A DNA stretch of 41,080 nt from Octopus bimaculoides (Eukaryota), in the NCBI RefSeq assembly GCF_001194135.2, contig NC_068997.1, positions 9,621,580 through 9,662,659 on the forward strand. The letters are read 5' to 3'. Of this stretch, positions 1 through 11,642 are shown piece after piece. Made by a program: the position numbers and the translations under genes. The notes below the pieces were generated by a model. The model had not been told where the DNA came from. It saw only the letters and a list, made by a program, of their open reading frames with translations, and searched no databases. Numbering within the stretch: the first letter of the stretch is position 1; every line of letters begins with the position of its first letter.

Positions 1-301
1 CATCGCATTGTCTCTCTACTACCTCTGTCAAATGAATCACCAAAATTGGCCTTTCATTATTTATAATCTGTACCTGTTTGTTTGGTTACGAAATAAAATA
101 CACAAAACGTGTTTCTGAATTACGTGTATTTACTTTATATACATATGAGTTGAAAACTTTCTTCTAGCATTCCACTTAATATCTATGTTCCATGTTGGCA
201 TGGATTGGAGAGTTATTAATGTAGAAATATGGTATCGTAGCTACTAACAGTTGAGGGTTGCGTAGTCTAGACAGCGTTTTTAGATTTCATTATTCTCTTT
301 A

Positions 302-330
302 ACCCGGGCAACGCCGGGTATTTCTGCTAG
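302..330 (+). mobile_element. Helitron 3' terminus (hairpin + CTAG); the element body probably extends left past the window start
   Basis: ACCCGG-gcaacg-CCGGGT hairpin (302-319), a 7-nt spacer, CTAG (327-330), then T at 331. This is the canonical Helitron 3' end (GC hairpin, CTRR, insertion 5' of a T). Confidence 0.7.
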
Positions 331-550
331 TATATATATATATGCTTGTGCATACATACACATACACTCACTGAAACAATAAAACATGTCCAGAGTTGTC
401 TCCCATATTTTTTTGGAAATGATTAAAATCACATTAGTCATTATGCTAACATTTTCCTTTTCTTCACTGCATAAGTATTTCTAATTAGATTTTGATTCTT
501 TGCAACACTAAATGTGCTGGCAGTAAATTAATTTCGTGTGTTTCATGCAG

Positions 551-578
551 ATGGCATTTTCAAGCAATTACACATTCA
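551..578 (+). other. Candidate 28-nt microexon
   Basis: gtgtttcatgcAG| at 549-550 and |GTAAGT at 579-584. Splice signals only, no homology recognised. Confidence 0.2.
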
Positions 579-786
579 GTAAGTTTCTTAATAGAGTAAT
601 ACTTTATAACCTTGTTACTTGTATATGGGAAGTTAAGAATTCGTTGGTCTACAATTTAAGAGAATATATCTCAAATCAGAGACGACAAACTACAATAACA
701 GCAACAAATTCATTGTAAGAGAGAAGAAAAACATCCACCCATCCATCCATACAAGTACATAGGTATGCATATATATATATATATAT

Positions 787-1030
787 ATCATCATCATCAT
801 CATTTAACGTCCGCTTTCCATGCTAGCATGGGTTGGACGATTTGACTGAGGACTGGTGAAACCGGATGGCAACACCAGGCTCCAATCTAATTTGGCAGAG
901 TTTCTACAGCTGGATGCCCTTCCTAACGCCAACCACTCAGAGAGTGTAGTGGGTGCTTTTACGTGTCACCCGCACGAAAACGGCCACGCTCAAAATGGTG
1001 TCTTTTATGTGCCACCCGCACAAGCCAGTC
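787..1030 (-). mobile_element. Young (GAT)n-tailed retroposon, family A (SINE or LINE 3' end), cut by an assembly gap
   Basis: (ATC)n followed by TTTAACGTCCGCTTTCCATGCTAGCATGGGTTGGACGATTTGACTGAGGACTGGTGAAACC, nearly identical to copies at 4381 and 19791. Confidence 0.85.
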
Positions 1031-1952
1031 NNNNNNNNNNNNNNNNNNNNNNNNNNNNNNNNNNNNNNNNNNNNNNNNNNNNNNNNNNNNNNNNNNNNNN
1101 NNNNNNNNNNNNNNNNNNNNNNNNNNNNNNNNNNNNNNNNNNNNNNNNNNNNNNNNNNNNNNNNNNNNNNNNNNNNNNNNNNNNNNNNNNNNNNNNNNNN
1201 NNNNNNNNNNNNNNNNNNNNNNNNNNNNNNNNNNNNNNNNNNNNNNNNNNNNNNNNNNNNNNNNNNNNNNNNNNNNNNNNNNNNNNNNNNNNNNNNNNNN
1301 NNNNNNNNNNNNNNNNNNNNNNNNNNNNNNNNNNNNNNNNNNNNNNNNNNNNNNNNNNNNNNNNNNNNNNNNNNNNNNNNNNNNNNNNNNNNNNNNNNNN
1401 NNNNNNNNNNNNNNNNNNNNNNNNNNNNNNNNNNNNNNNNNNNNNNNNNNNNNNNNNNNNNNNNNNNNNNNNNNNNNNNNNNNNNNNNNNNNNNNNNNNN
1501 NNNNNNNNNNNNNNNNNNNNNNNNNNNNNNNNNNNNNNNNNNNNNNNNNNNNNNNNNNNNNNNNNNNNNNNNNNNNNNNNNNNNNNNNNNNNNNNNNNNN
1601 NNNNNNNNNNNNNNNNNNNNNNNNNNNNNNNNNNNNNNNNNNNNNNNNNNNNNNNNNNNNNNNNNNNNNNNNNNNNNNNNNNNNNNNNNNNNNNNNNNNN
1701 NNNNNNNNNNNNNNNNNNNNNNNNNNNNNNNNNNNNNNNNNNNNNNNNNNNNNNNNNNNNNNNNNNNNNNNNNNNNNNNNNNNNNNNNNNNNNNNNNNNN
1801 NNNNNNNNNNNNNNNNNNNNNNNNNNNNNNNNNNNNNNNNNNNNNNNNNNNNNNNNNNNNNNNNNNNNNNNNNNNNNNNNNNNNNNNNNNNNNNNNNNNN
1901 NNNNNNNNNNNNNNNNNNNNNNNNNNNNNNNNNNNNNNNNNNNNNNNNNNNN

Positions 1953-1994
<42 letters not shown>

Positions 1995-2590
1995 TGTGTG
2001 TGTATGTGTGTGTGTATATATATATATATATACACACATACACACACAAATACATATATGTAAGCTTCTCTTTTTGCCTCCTTCCCCCTCCTCCTGCCTC
2101 AGTATACACACACACACACACACACACACAATATATACATATGTGTGTGTGTGTGTGAGAGAGAGAGCGAGTGTGTATAAATAAGACACACATCTGAACA
2201 ATTACAGTGGTACATAGCTGTAACCTTATACACATCTCTCTTTCCCCTGCCCCAAACACACATACACACACACACAGTGTATACATGTGAATTAAGGGAA
2301 GGAAATGAAGGTGTGAAACAAATCAGAAAACATCTTCAACCCAACCTAAAAAAAAAAAAGAATATATAAACATAACTAAGCAAAAAGAACACCAAAAAAA
2401 AAATCATGAAAAGAAATCAATATGAGAACTGTTCTACACATGTATACACACACACACACATGCACATATTATTGGTGTTCCTAAAAAGAACATATATATA
2501 TAAGAGAATATCAGAAAATCAGAGCTAGCATAAGACTAAAATATCTAATTCCCAGCCCCAGATCCTGACCTATTTAGAAATGGTAAATTA

Positions 2591-2691
2591 TCATAAACAA
2601 TATTGATTAAGGATTTCGGTTGTGGTTGCTTCGTGAGTGGGTGGGGGCAGGAGGTGGTGGCAGTGGTGATGACGGTGGAGGTCACTCATAT
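2591..2691 (-). CDS. Candidate terminal coding exon (D)MSDLHRHHHCHHLLPPPTHEATTTEILNQYCL*
   Basis: Strong minus-strand acceptor attttatctttcatcttcAG| ending at 2692. Only the phase-1 frame stays open, to TGA at 2591. GC-rich relative to its flanks. No homology recognised. Confidence 0.25.
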
Positions 2692-3057
2692 CTGAAGATG
2701 AAAGATAAAATACGATCTCCACATGTATGTAAAACAGAAAAAAAAAAAAAGAAAAAAAACATCCTGATATGCCCAATTGAGGTTCCATCAGGTTAATGAG
2801 AAAAAATTATTTTAAAAAAAAAGGTAAGAAATATACAAGAAAATAACAGAAAAAGTCAAAACAAAACCAAATAAAAAAAACATTGATTCCACCTTGACCA
2901 AACTTTGGTATGATATAAAACATTCCTAAGGAGGAGCTAATTTTCTTTAAATCGGTACAAGGACGTTTGTAGCGGAAGCACCAATGTAGCTGAGTGAACT
3001 AGTCTACCATCACCACCATCACCACCAAAGACCTCGGCTCTCTTCTTCTCATAATAC

Positions 3058-3150
3058 TTTTTATCTTTTACTTGCTTCAGTCATTAGACTGCGGCCATGC
3101 TGGGGCACTGCCTTGAAGAATTTTTAGTCAAATGGATTAACCCCGGTACT
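3058..3150 (-). mobile_element. 3' fragment of family B SINE
   Basis: cttttacttgcttcagtcattagactgcggccatgctggggcactgcc matches the reverse complement of the tail at 3930-3985. Confidence 0.7.
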
Positions 3151-3420
3151 TTTTTTTTTTCCATCAACTTGCAATACTGCACTGAATTTCTTTAATAGGA
3201 TTGGGTCATAATAGAACTACCCACACTACTTACATAATGGCTATGTTTAATAAATTCTATTACTTTCAATAGAATTTGCAGTGAATTAAACTTTTGTTAC
3301 CATATTTCTGTTGAAATACACTGCCATTGTTACAATTAATTTTGAAAATAATAAAGAATTTAGTAGACTAGTCTTGTCATTGTTATATTGTATTTCTGAC
3401 ATATGAGTCAAATTTTTCAG

Positions 3421-3443
3421 ATCAAAATTTACTGCCTGACAAG
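3421..3443 (+). other. Candidate 23-nt microexon
   Basis: Branch-like CTGAC at about 3396-3400, aatttttcAG| at 3419-3420, and the consensus donor AAG|GTAAGT at 3441-3449. Open as (x)QNLLPDK or IKIYCLT. Confidence 0.35.
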
Positions 3444-3524
3444 GTAAGTCAACTTGTATACCAAGATGTGAAGGACCAAAAATTTCACGTGAAATACAGC
3501 AGGATTTCAAAAGATAGTGATGAT

Positions 3525-3985
3525 GCGCAGGAATGGCTGTGTAATAAGTAGTTTGCTTACCAGCCACATGGTTCTGGGTTCAGTCCCACTGCGTGGCACC
3601 TTGGGCAAGTATCTTCTACTATAGCCTCAGGCCAACCAAAGCCTTGTGAGTGGATTTGGTAGACGGAAACTGAAAGAAGCCCATCGTATATATATATATA
3701 TATATNNNNNNNNNNNNNNNNNNNNNNNNNNNNNNNNNNNNNNNNNNNNNNNNNNNNNNNNNATATGTATGTTTGTTTGTGTGTCTGTGTTTGTCACCCT
3801 ACCATCGCTTGACAACCGATGCTGGTGTGTTTATGTCCCCGTAACTTAGCGGTTCGGCAAAAAGAGACCGATAGTATAAGTACTAGGCTTACAAAGAATA
3901 AGTCCTGGGGTCGATTTGCTCGACTAAAGGCGGTGTTCCAGCATGGCCACAGTCAAATGACTGAAACAAGTAAAAGAGTAAAGAG
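3525..3985 (+). mobile_element. Full-length tRNA-derived SINE, family B, with internal (TA)/(TG) microsatellite (gap 3706-3762 inside)
   Basis: A-box-like TGGCTGTGTAATAAG, B-box-like GGTTCAGTCCC, central ggcaccttgggcaag...gatttggtagacggaaactga and 3' gaaacaagtaaaagagtaaagag. Many copies in the window. Confidence 0.85.
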
Positions 3986-4380
3986 CATGCTTAAAAGTTT
4001 ACACCAAATATTTAGACTATCCACTATGTTGACTCGTATATGGGACAAATATAATGTTTAGAAATTAACCTGAAATTTTGATTTAAGGTTTAAATTTAGA
4101 TCATATGTCAGAAAACTTATATAGCAGAACCAAAAGCCGTCCCAGGGAGGCTGGTACCAAATGGTTTAGTAGAATTGAAAATTCAACACTTTACTCTGTT
4201 CATGAGGGTGCCACTAAATAGAAACGTTTTGACGGGTCATAGAATACAGTAATAAAAAGCACTAAGTCCTTCTGTAGTAACTAAGTGGAATTAGTAGAAA
4301 TTTCCTACTTGTCAGCACTGGAAGTCAAAGTTAGGATATTTTATCACTTAAGAAATCATTTGTACCTAACAAATTATCAT

Positions 4381-4548
4381 CATCATCATCGTTTAACGTC
4401 CGCTTTCCATGCTAGCATAGGTTGGACGATTTGACTGAGGACTGGTGAAACCAGATGGCTACACCAGGCTCCAATCTGATTTAGCAGAGTTTCTACAGCT
4501 GGATGCCCTTCCTAACACCAACTACTCCGAGAGTGTAGTGGGTGCTAT
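4381..4548 (-). mobile_element. 5'-truncated young family A retroposon with 18-bp TSD
   Basis: CTAACAAATTATCATCAT at 4366-4383 and 4549-4566 flanks a near-identical copy of 787-955. Confidence 0.9.
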
Positions 4549-4647
4549 CTAACAAATTATCATCATGCAACCAGTAGCTGATGGCATTGGTTTGATAAAT
4601 ACAATATTTTTAACCTAAAACATAGACATTTACGTTTCTAGCAGTAA

Positions 4648-4835
4648 ACCTGCTAGAAATAGCAACCAAATCTCTCAAATCGCACCCTGCAATCTTCTTG
4701 AAAAGGACACATTACATAATGCAAATTCAGGTTCCCTACACATAGAAAAAGATGGTAAGATGGAATGATCATGGCTGGAATGCCTTTGATAATAAATTCA
4801 CTCAATCAGGACAGACAAGGGCTTAAACAACAGCT
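4648..4835 (+). mobile_element. Family E retroposon 3' part ((CAA)n-type tail)
   Basis: cctgctagaaatagcaaccaaatc...gctggaatgcctttgat...gggcttaaacaacag. Homologous to 7964-8100 and 23541-23742. Confidence 0.7.
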
Positions 4836-5356
4836 ACAAAAAAAGAACAATGTAAAAACAAAATAAATAAATTAAAAAATCAGAGAACATCAAATCTACA
4901 ATCAACAACGTTATTACAAGAAACTTGCCCCACCAGCTCTCTCTCTCTTCACACACACACACACACACAAATATGAACTTACATACACAAACAAAATCAA
5001 CTGCAAGAGAAAGAAGTAGACACCTCATAGGAGAGATAATGGATGCCAATAAAATTTGATTGACGAGACATAACATTCTTGAGTGAACAACCTTAACTCT
5101 CCTCATCCCAACCATACAGCCTTGATTGATGAATAATCTAATTTAAACTGTTACTTTTACTATTATTGTTATTTCCATCATCACCATCACCATCATCATA
5201 ATCATCATCATCAAACACGTAAAGCAACATCAGAATTCTAAGAAAATCTTATGCAATTATTGTTGAACACTTTAGGATTCCACTAGAAAGGGCCACATCA
5301 AATCAACTTTACAAGCATTTCAACATTCCAACTATTGCTGTTGTTATTATTATTAT

Positions 5357-5357
5357 T

Positions 5358-5404
<47 letters not shown>

Positions 5405-5412
5405 TATTATTA
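5357..5412. repeat. (ATC)n microsatellite flanked by (ATT)n
   Basis: Directly visible; source of the poly-S and poly-M ORFs. Confidence 0.95.
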
Positions 5413-5940
5413 TCAGCAGAATTATTAAAGAATCAGTCAAAATGCCTTGCAGTATTACTTCCTGCTCTTTATAGTCTGAGCTCAAATCCTGCCAAGGCTG
5501 ACTTTGCCATTGGTCCATTTTCGGTTGCCAGTCTTGTACTGGGGTCAACTGCATCGACCAATTCCTTGTGCCTAAATAAGAGACTATAAAAGACAAGACA
5601 AAATGCTACCAAGCATTTTGTCCAGCTTGCCACCTTCTGAATTTACCAGCATATGGTCCATCAGTATGCCACCAGCTTTTCATCATTTGAAGGATCATAT
5701 GTTTTGGGGTAAGCACTTGCTGAAGGAGCTGTTGCATTCCATCTTCAAATATGGGAGTTGATGTCTCATCAGGCAGTGAAGCAACTCTGTTGGTCATTTG
5801 GTTCCCTCCACCACAACACCAAGGCCACTCACTGAAGTAGGTAACAAAATTCCTACACAACAGCAGGAGCTTTGTTGAGTCAGATGATGTAACTCTGGGC
5901 CAGATGTTTCAACCCTCCTTAATGCTCATTCATGTTGCAC

Positions 5941-6156
5941 CACTCATCCTCTCCTTTGAGTCAGATGCAATGGCTTGCTTTCTCAGCAGCTTCTTAACAA
6001 TTTTTTGGCAACCTCTTTTCTCTCCTTCACAGCTCATCCAAGACTCCCTCAGCATTGAACCCTGGTTCCAACAAATCCTCTTACACCTATCTCTACAGGA
6101 AGGCACATTGCCTACCATCTACTGTTTTCCCAAAGTTTCATCAACTCACTGTATTT
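5941..6156 (-). pseudogene. Decayed C-terminal restriction-like endonuclease region of a HERO-type (R2 superfamily) non-LTR retrotransposon
   Basis: Manual minus-strand translation gives KYSELMKLWENSRW*AMCLPVEIGVRGFVG...(frameshift)EAAEKASHCI*LK. This resembles the HERO C-terminal pattern KY.ELV.....GW.A.C.PIEVG.RGF.G...EAAEKAS.WLW.K. Confidence 0.7.
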
Positions 6157-7221
6157 TCTGTCTTCCCCACAGATAACCTGTGTTTGGGCTATTCATTAAA
6201 TGCACAACATAAATCCATGCAACTTAAACAAACATTCTTCTCCAGGCTTTTCTGTACATCTATCTTCACCGAGAATGTTTTATGCTTATGAGAGAGAAAG
6301 AGAGAGAGACAAACAGACAAACAAATAATAAGACAGGAAGAGAATCAGTTACTGTCTAGCTACAGAATACAAAGAAATCTCAAACTAGGAAGAAAAATAA
6401 TTATTTAGAAAATCATAAAACCAAACTAAAATGAGTCGATTCAAATGAGGGTTATCAATGCTCATATGGGAACCGAGGAGAGTAATTACTTTCTTCAATC
6501 ATTTGCAGTGAAAAATCTATCAAATAAACATCAAATGTCAAGCACGCATGTACACACCATACTTACATACCACACACAAATACAATATGCCAATGATGTG
6601 AAACATTAAAATTAAAGATTAACACTCACTCTCTCTCTCTCTCTCTCTCTCTCCCCTTCTCTTTCAAGCTTCCCCCCATTCTACACACTTATAGATAGAT
6701 AAGAAACAATATTTATTATGCAAATTTGGAGTTAACTACATAAAGTCACAACATATATCAGAAAGCCATGTATCAATAACAGTGATAATAAATCAAGGTT
6801 GAATAGACCTTAGCTTCTTCAGTGCCAAAACCCATTTCACCATTGAGTTTCTAACCTCATAAAAAAGGACCAAATCTGTTCAATTATGGAAAATTGCAGC
6901 AGGAGCAATAGAATCAATAATAATTCCGACCACATTTGAAAGCAAGTTATTCACTCGATTAGCAAAAAGTTATTCTTCTAAAGCATTCAGAACAGCTAAT
7001 TTAACCTTTCTGATTCCAATCAATCTCAAAATGCCCCTAGTGTTATGAGACAAACTTTCTGTTTTAAACAGTTCTAAATTAGAATATTTCATCAGAATTC
7101 CATATCAATTTATGTTCTAAACACCATCTTAAGAAGACAAAATTAATTTACTAAATTCTTTTGTATTTTTAAAATTGACTTAAAAAAAGGCAACAGAAAT
7201 AAAGTAACAAATGGATTACAA

Positions 7222-7383
7222 CAGTAACACTGCTACCAAGGGCAATAGGGGTGTTCTACCCCAGGTAACCCTTTTATGTATAGAGCATTTTTTAATCTAT
7301 TGTATAAGTCTGTGCAGGGACAAGAAGGAAGTGGGGAGCAAATTCAAGGGACCCTGGTGACACACACTCTAGCTATACCACTA
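7222..7383. mobile_element. Degenerate short MITE with CAGTGGCGTAGC-like termini
   Basis: The right end ctagctataccact fits a decayed CTAGCTACGCCACTG. The left end cagtaacactgctaccaaggg fits only loosely. Confidence 0.35.
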
Positions 7384-7654
7384 GTTAACAAGTATTTGGT
7401 CAAAAGTCACTGAGACATTAGACAAACTTAGCTTTGGCACCCTAACAAATTCACCAATTCTTGACCATTTACCACACCAATTATTGCATGTCTAATTCTA
7501 TAAAGTTCCTTTAAAAACAGTAGAGACAAATTAAATTTGATGACAAAAACACTTGCTTCTCAAAAATGTTCTTTTCATGGTCTCCACTACTGCAAAACAT
7601 GTTCCTGTATCCCTATTCATATTCTGACTTCTTCTCACTTGGCACAAAGCTACC

Positions 7655-7895
7655 TCCCACAGTTGAGGGTTCTCTCTTGCAAGTTACTTGGTCACCTCAC
7701 CTGCTGCTGGTGCTACACAAAAAGCACCCAGTACACTCTGTAAAGCAGGTGGCATTAGGAAGGGCTTCCAGCCATAGAAACTACCCCAAAAACAGACAGC
7801 AGGGCCTGGCACAGTCTTCTGGTTTGCCAGCGCCTGTCAGACTGTCCAACACATGCCAGTATGGAAGGCAGGTATTAATTGATGATGTATCTTGA
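7655..7895 (+). mobile_element. Older family A retroposon copy
   Basis: aaaagcacccagtacactctg...ggcattaggaagggcttccagc...ccaacacatgccagtatggaag...gatgatg is the reverse complement of the family A body. Confidence 0.75.
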
Positions 7896-7963
7896 GAGGT
7901 ACATCATACCCAGAATACAGCATTTACCACTCAACAAAGAATCCTCTACATGACTGTGCCACA

Positions 7964-8100
7964 AGCTAGAAATAGCAGCCAAATTCTAATAAATCCTTGT
8001 ATATTGGAAAAAATCAAGATGATCACAGCAGGAACGCTTTTGATCATTGGTTTGCTTGATAAGGCCGGCCTGGTATTAAACAACAATGATGATGATGATG
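7964..8100 (+). mobile_element. Family E retroposon 3' part
   Basis: gctagaaatagcagccaaat...ggaacgcttttgatcattgg...taaacaacaa. Confidence 0.7.
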
Positions 8101-9326
8101 TATGCTAGGTATATATTTTGCATGGAAACAAAAAGCTTTTGAGAACATACAATTCAATGAACAAATGTACTGAAAGTTAAATTACACATTTGCCACTAAA
8201 TACAAATGTTTCTACTATTTCATATCCATTAAAGGTAGAGTAAAGCCATCAACAGCGACAATGAGTCTCGGTGCTATTATTATGAAATACCAGCAATATG
8301 AAAGGAATTAGGAGAGCAGAGCTTTGTCAGGTCTAGTGTTATTCTTAACATAGTTATTATTTATTAATATAAATGATACGATAGTGTTTGGCAACTTAGT
8401 ATTGCCATACTTAATGCAGTGAGAATAATAATAATTTTTAAAAAATGGAGATAATTATGCAGTGAAGAAAATACAATATTAGTCAGTGATTAGTATTATT
8501 TGAATTACTATACCGAGTATGGGAGATAATTCTGGACATGTTTTCATTTTATTAGAGCTCTTCAGCAATGCATAGTATTTGTAAAAGTAATGAGGAGTGA
8601 ATCATGTAAATGTAAATTATTATCATACACAAGTAAGTGTAAAAATTAGCGTATTTCAGAGAATAAATCATAGAAAAATTACTGAAGAACATTATCTGCA
8701 TAGGGATAAAAAGAAAAAAGAAATTTTAATAAAACAAAACCATGGTATATTTACTGTTACCATATTTAATGTAGAGAACATTAAAAAAAAATCAATTAGA
8801 AATAATTATGCAGTGATAGTTAAATATATAAGACATTAATTTTATGAATTGATCTGCAGGTTTACCATTTATAATATGTCCAGTACAACCTGTTACTGTA
8901 CCGACAGTAAACCAATGCAATCAGGCCATTAATCACTACGGCATTCTGAATTATGTCAGCATCTAATAACTCTACTATTGGTACTGTATACCATAAGCTC
9001 ATGTCACTTTTTCTACCCACTAAATATCATCCATTTATATTAGGTGTCCATACCAGTGCAGCCAGTAATTGCTCTGCACATACTGGGGCTACATCCTGAA
9101 CCATTCTACTCCACCATCTTCTCTCTCTCTTCATCAAATTGGAGTAGGCATGTATCTTTGCTATTGCAAGACACTTGTGTCTGTCCCTTTATCACATTGC
9201 TTCTCAACAAGGGTCCATATAAGATTTTGTGGTTAAAATTTAATTGGTTTATACTTCTACAACCCACAAAATATTTTAACAAATACTTTTTTTTAATAAA
9301 ATTCCAAATAACATTTAATTATAAAA

Positions 9327-9545
9327 ATCAGCTGATGAACTGGCTGAATCATTAGCACATCAGACAAAATGCTTAGTGGCATTTCATTCATCTTTACATC
9401 CTAAGTTCAAATTCCACCAGGGTTGACTTTACCTTTCATCCTTTCAGGGTCAATAAAATAAGTACCAGTTGAATACTGGGGTCAATGCACTTAACTTTTC
9501 CTCTCTCTTGAAATTGCTGGCCTTGTGCCAAAAATTAAAACCAAT
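9327..9545 (+). mobile_element. tRNA-derived SINE, family C, with 14-bp TSD
   Basis: A-box-like tggctgaatcattagc, B-box-like agttcaaattcc and 3' gaaattgctggccttgtgcc. ATTTAATTATAAAA occurs at 9313-9326 and 9546-9559. Confidence 0.85.
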
Positions 9546-9719
9546 ATTTAATTATAAAACTATAATAGGCTTTCTTAAACATCAAATGACTACGAGGAGC
9601 CACTGGAGTAAAATGGGAGTCAAAAGGGCCCTTAGGTGAAAAACAGTTGAGAAACAATGCCCTAATCTCTCATTACTTAGCACAAAACCACAAGACCACC
9701 TCCCTCAGAACAATTCAAT

Positions 9720-9850
9720 CCTCAGTTGAGGGGTCTTGTCTTGCAAGGTACTTGGTGACCTTGTTGGTGCTAGCATCATGTAAAAAGTGCCCAGTACACT
9801 CTATCAGGTGGTTGGTTGTTAGGAAACAGCAGAAACTCATTTACAACCAT
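9720..9850 (+). mobile_element. Older family A fragment
   Basis: cttgcaaggtacttggtgacc...aaaagtgcccagtacactct...ggttggttgttaggaa. Confidence 0.6.
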
Positions 9851-10097
9851 CATATGATATCAAGGCAAGGAAACAGAAACACACACACCTAAGTATATAA
9901 ATATATATATAAACCTATCTTGTCAAATATATATATATAAATACATACATACACATGATGGGCTTCTACCAGTTTGTCTACCAAATTCACTCACAAGGCT
10001 TTATACATGTGTTTGTGTGTGTGTACACATATATACATATACACACATACACTCAAATACATTGGTGTATATAAAGCTTTAGTACTTGGTTAATTGG

Positions 10098-10299
10098 TTA
10101 ACCTTTTAGCATTTAAACTAGCCATATAACACCAAAATATTTTGAAACCAACTAGATCCTACCTTTCACACCTACCCTGCAATGTCATTCTAAAAAATAA
10201 ACAATCACATCATTGAAATCTCGAAGCTACAAGATAACACGTGATTAATTTGAAAACAATGTGACTTTAGGCAGAGTAACCTGAATGCTGAAGGGTTAA
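10098..10299. mobile_element. piggyBac-like MITE (TTAA ends, short TIRs)
   Basis: TTAA-ccttttagcatt ... aatgctgaaggg-TTAA. The internal sequence is homologous to 13768-13992. Confidence 0.8.
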
Positions 10300-11642
10300 C
10301 GTTAGAATAATTTTATTTAGATAAAAATTGGAATTAGTTGCTTACTTAGGTATGAGACATATTTTTGTAAGGATGGGAACACAGCCAATTGAATTGATCC
10401 AAAGTATTACTGGTGCTTTTTATCAACCCAGAAAGATAAAAAAGCAAAAGCAAGCACAGTAGGGCTTGAAGTCAGAATATAAAAGATAAAAAACCAAATA
10501 TCATAAAGCAATGACAGTGCACCACCATTTGAGCTAACTCTATAAGATTAATAACAGCATGACAATAGTTCCATTGAAAACTATAAAAATACGGAGCGTT
10601 TTATGTTGCAATTCACGATACAGTATCAGGAAAAGAAATGTTTCATGTCCAAAGCATAATGGCAGTTGGCAAAAAAGAGACAATTCAATAAATAAATAGA
10701 AATAACAAGATAATTCTTTTGAAAATGAGCGACACTGAAACATGAAAAACACAGATAGTCCAATTTGTCCTTTGTAGTGATAAAATTTTTTTTTTTCTTG
10801 TTTTAATATATTCAAAATTGCCAAGCAACACAGCATATAAAATTTGTTCTTGTGAAATGACTTATATTGCAACAGTTCCAGTTATTATTATTTTTTTTTC
10901 TGGGTTAGTAGTAAGAATTCTAATGTAAAAGGTAGGTTTTCAGCAAACCATGTTAATAACTAAAGGGAGCAGTTTTTTTATATTTTTGGTCATAGGCATT
11001 TTTTTCTTCATTTGCATCACTAATATTCTTGAGAAAAAAAAATGCATGAACATCACAGTTTCTCATAACTCTGGGGTCTTTTTTCAAAAAATGAGTTCAT
11101 TGTATCAATACCATCACAACCAATATTACTACGACGACCACCACCACCACCAACAACAACAATACTAACACCACCATATCAGATTTCAACACCAACATAT
11201 CAGATGTCTTTCTGTCTTTTACTGTGCCTTATTTCTACCTTACTACTATTTTACACTCATTTTTTTCCCTGCTAACATGAAATGAAATGGAATGGAATTT
11301 TTTTCTTCTTTTGTCTTCCCATATTTGAAAATTTCCATAACATTAGAATAACCTGTTTTCACAAGTTTGAAGGCATTTCTACCACAAAGGTCAAATAGGA
11401 CCTGTTTTTATCATGCGGGCAGGTGAGACAAATAGAGATACACATAAACCTTCCCAAACAGTATGATACAATGACTGCAAGGCATGACAGCCTCCACACA
11501 ACTGTTCAATGAACTTTAAAGAAATAACAGAAAAAGCCACCCTATCATCTAAATATAGAAGAGCACATTAGATAATGTTAACTGTGGTGGTCATAAGACT
11601 GCTTGATAATGAAGTGTCTTGCAGCCAAACAACACAATTACT

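Noticed and set aside
856-2286. Long ORFs of 360-450 aa, and similar ones at 20762, 26234, 33448, 35020 and 37831
   Set aside because: They are read through N-gaps and (TA)/(CA) repeats; no real coding content.
3525-3600. tRNA-like A/B boxes here and at other SINE heads
   Set aside because: No cloverleaf, and each continues into multicopy SINE bodies, so they are not tRNA genes.
5309-5596. Poly-Ser, poly-Met and poly-Leu ORFs
   Set aside because: Translations of the (ATC)n/(ATT)n microsatellite.
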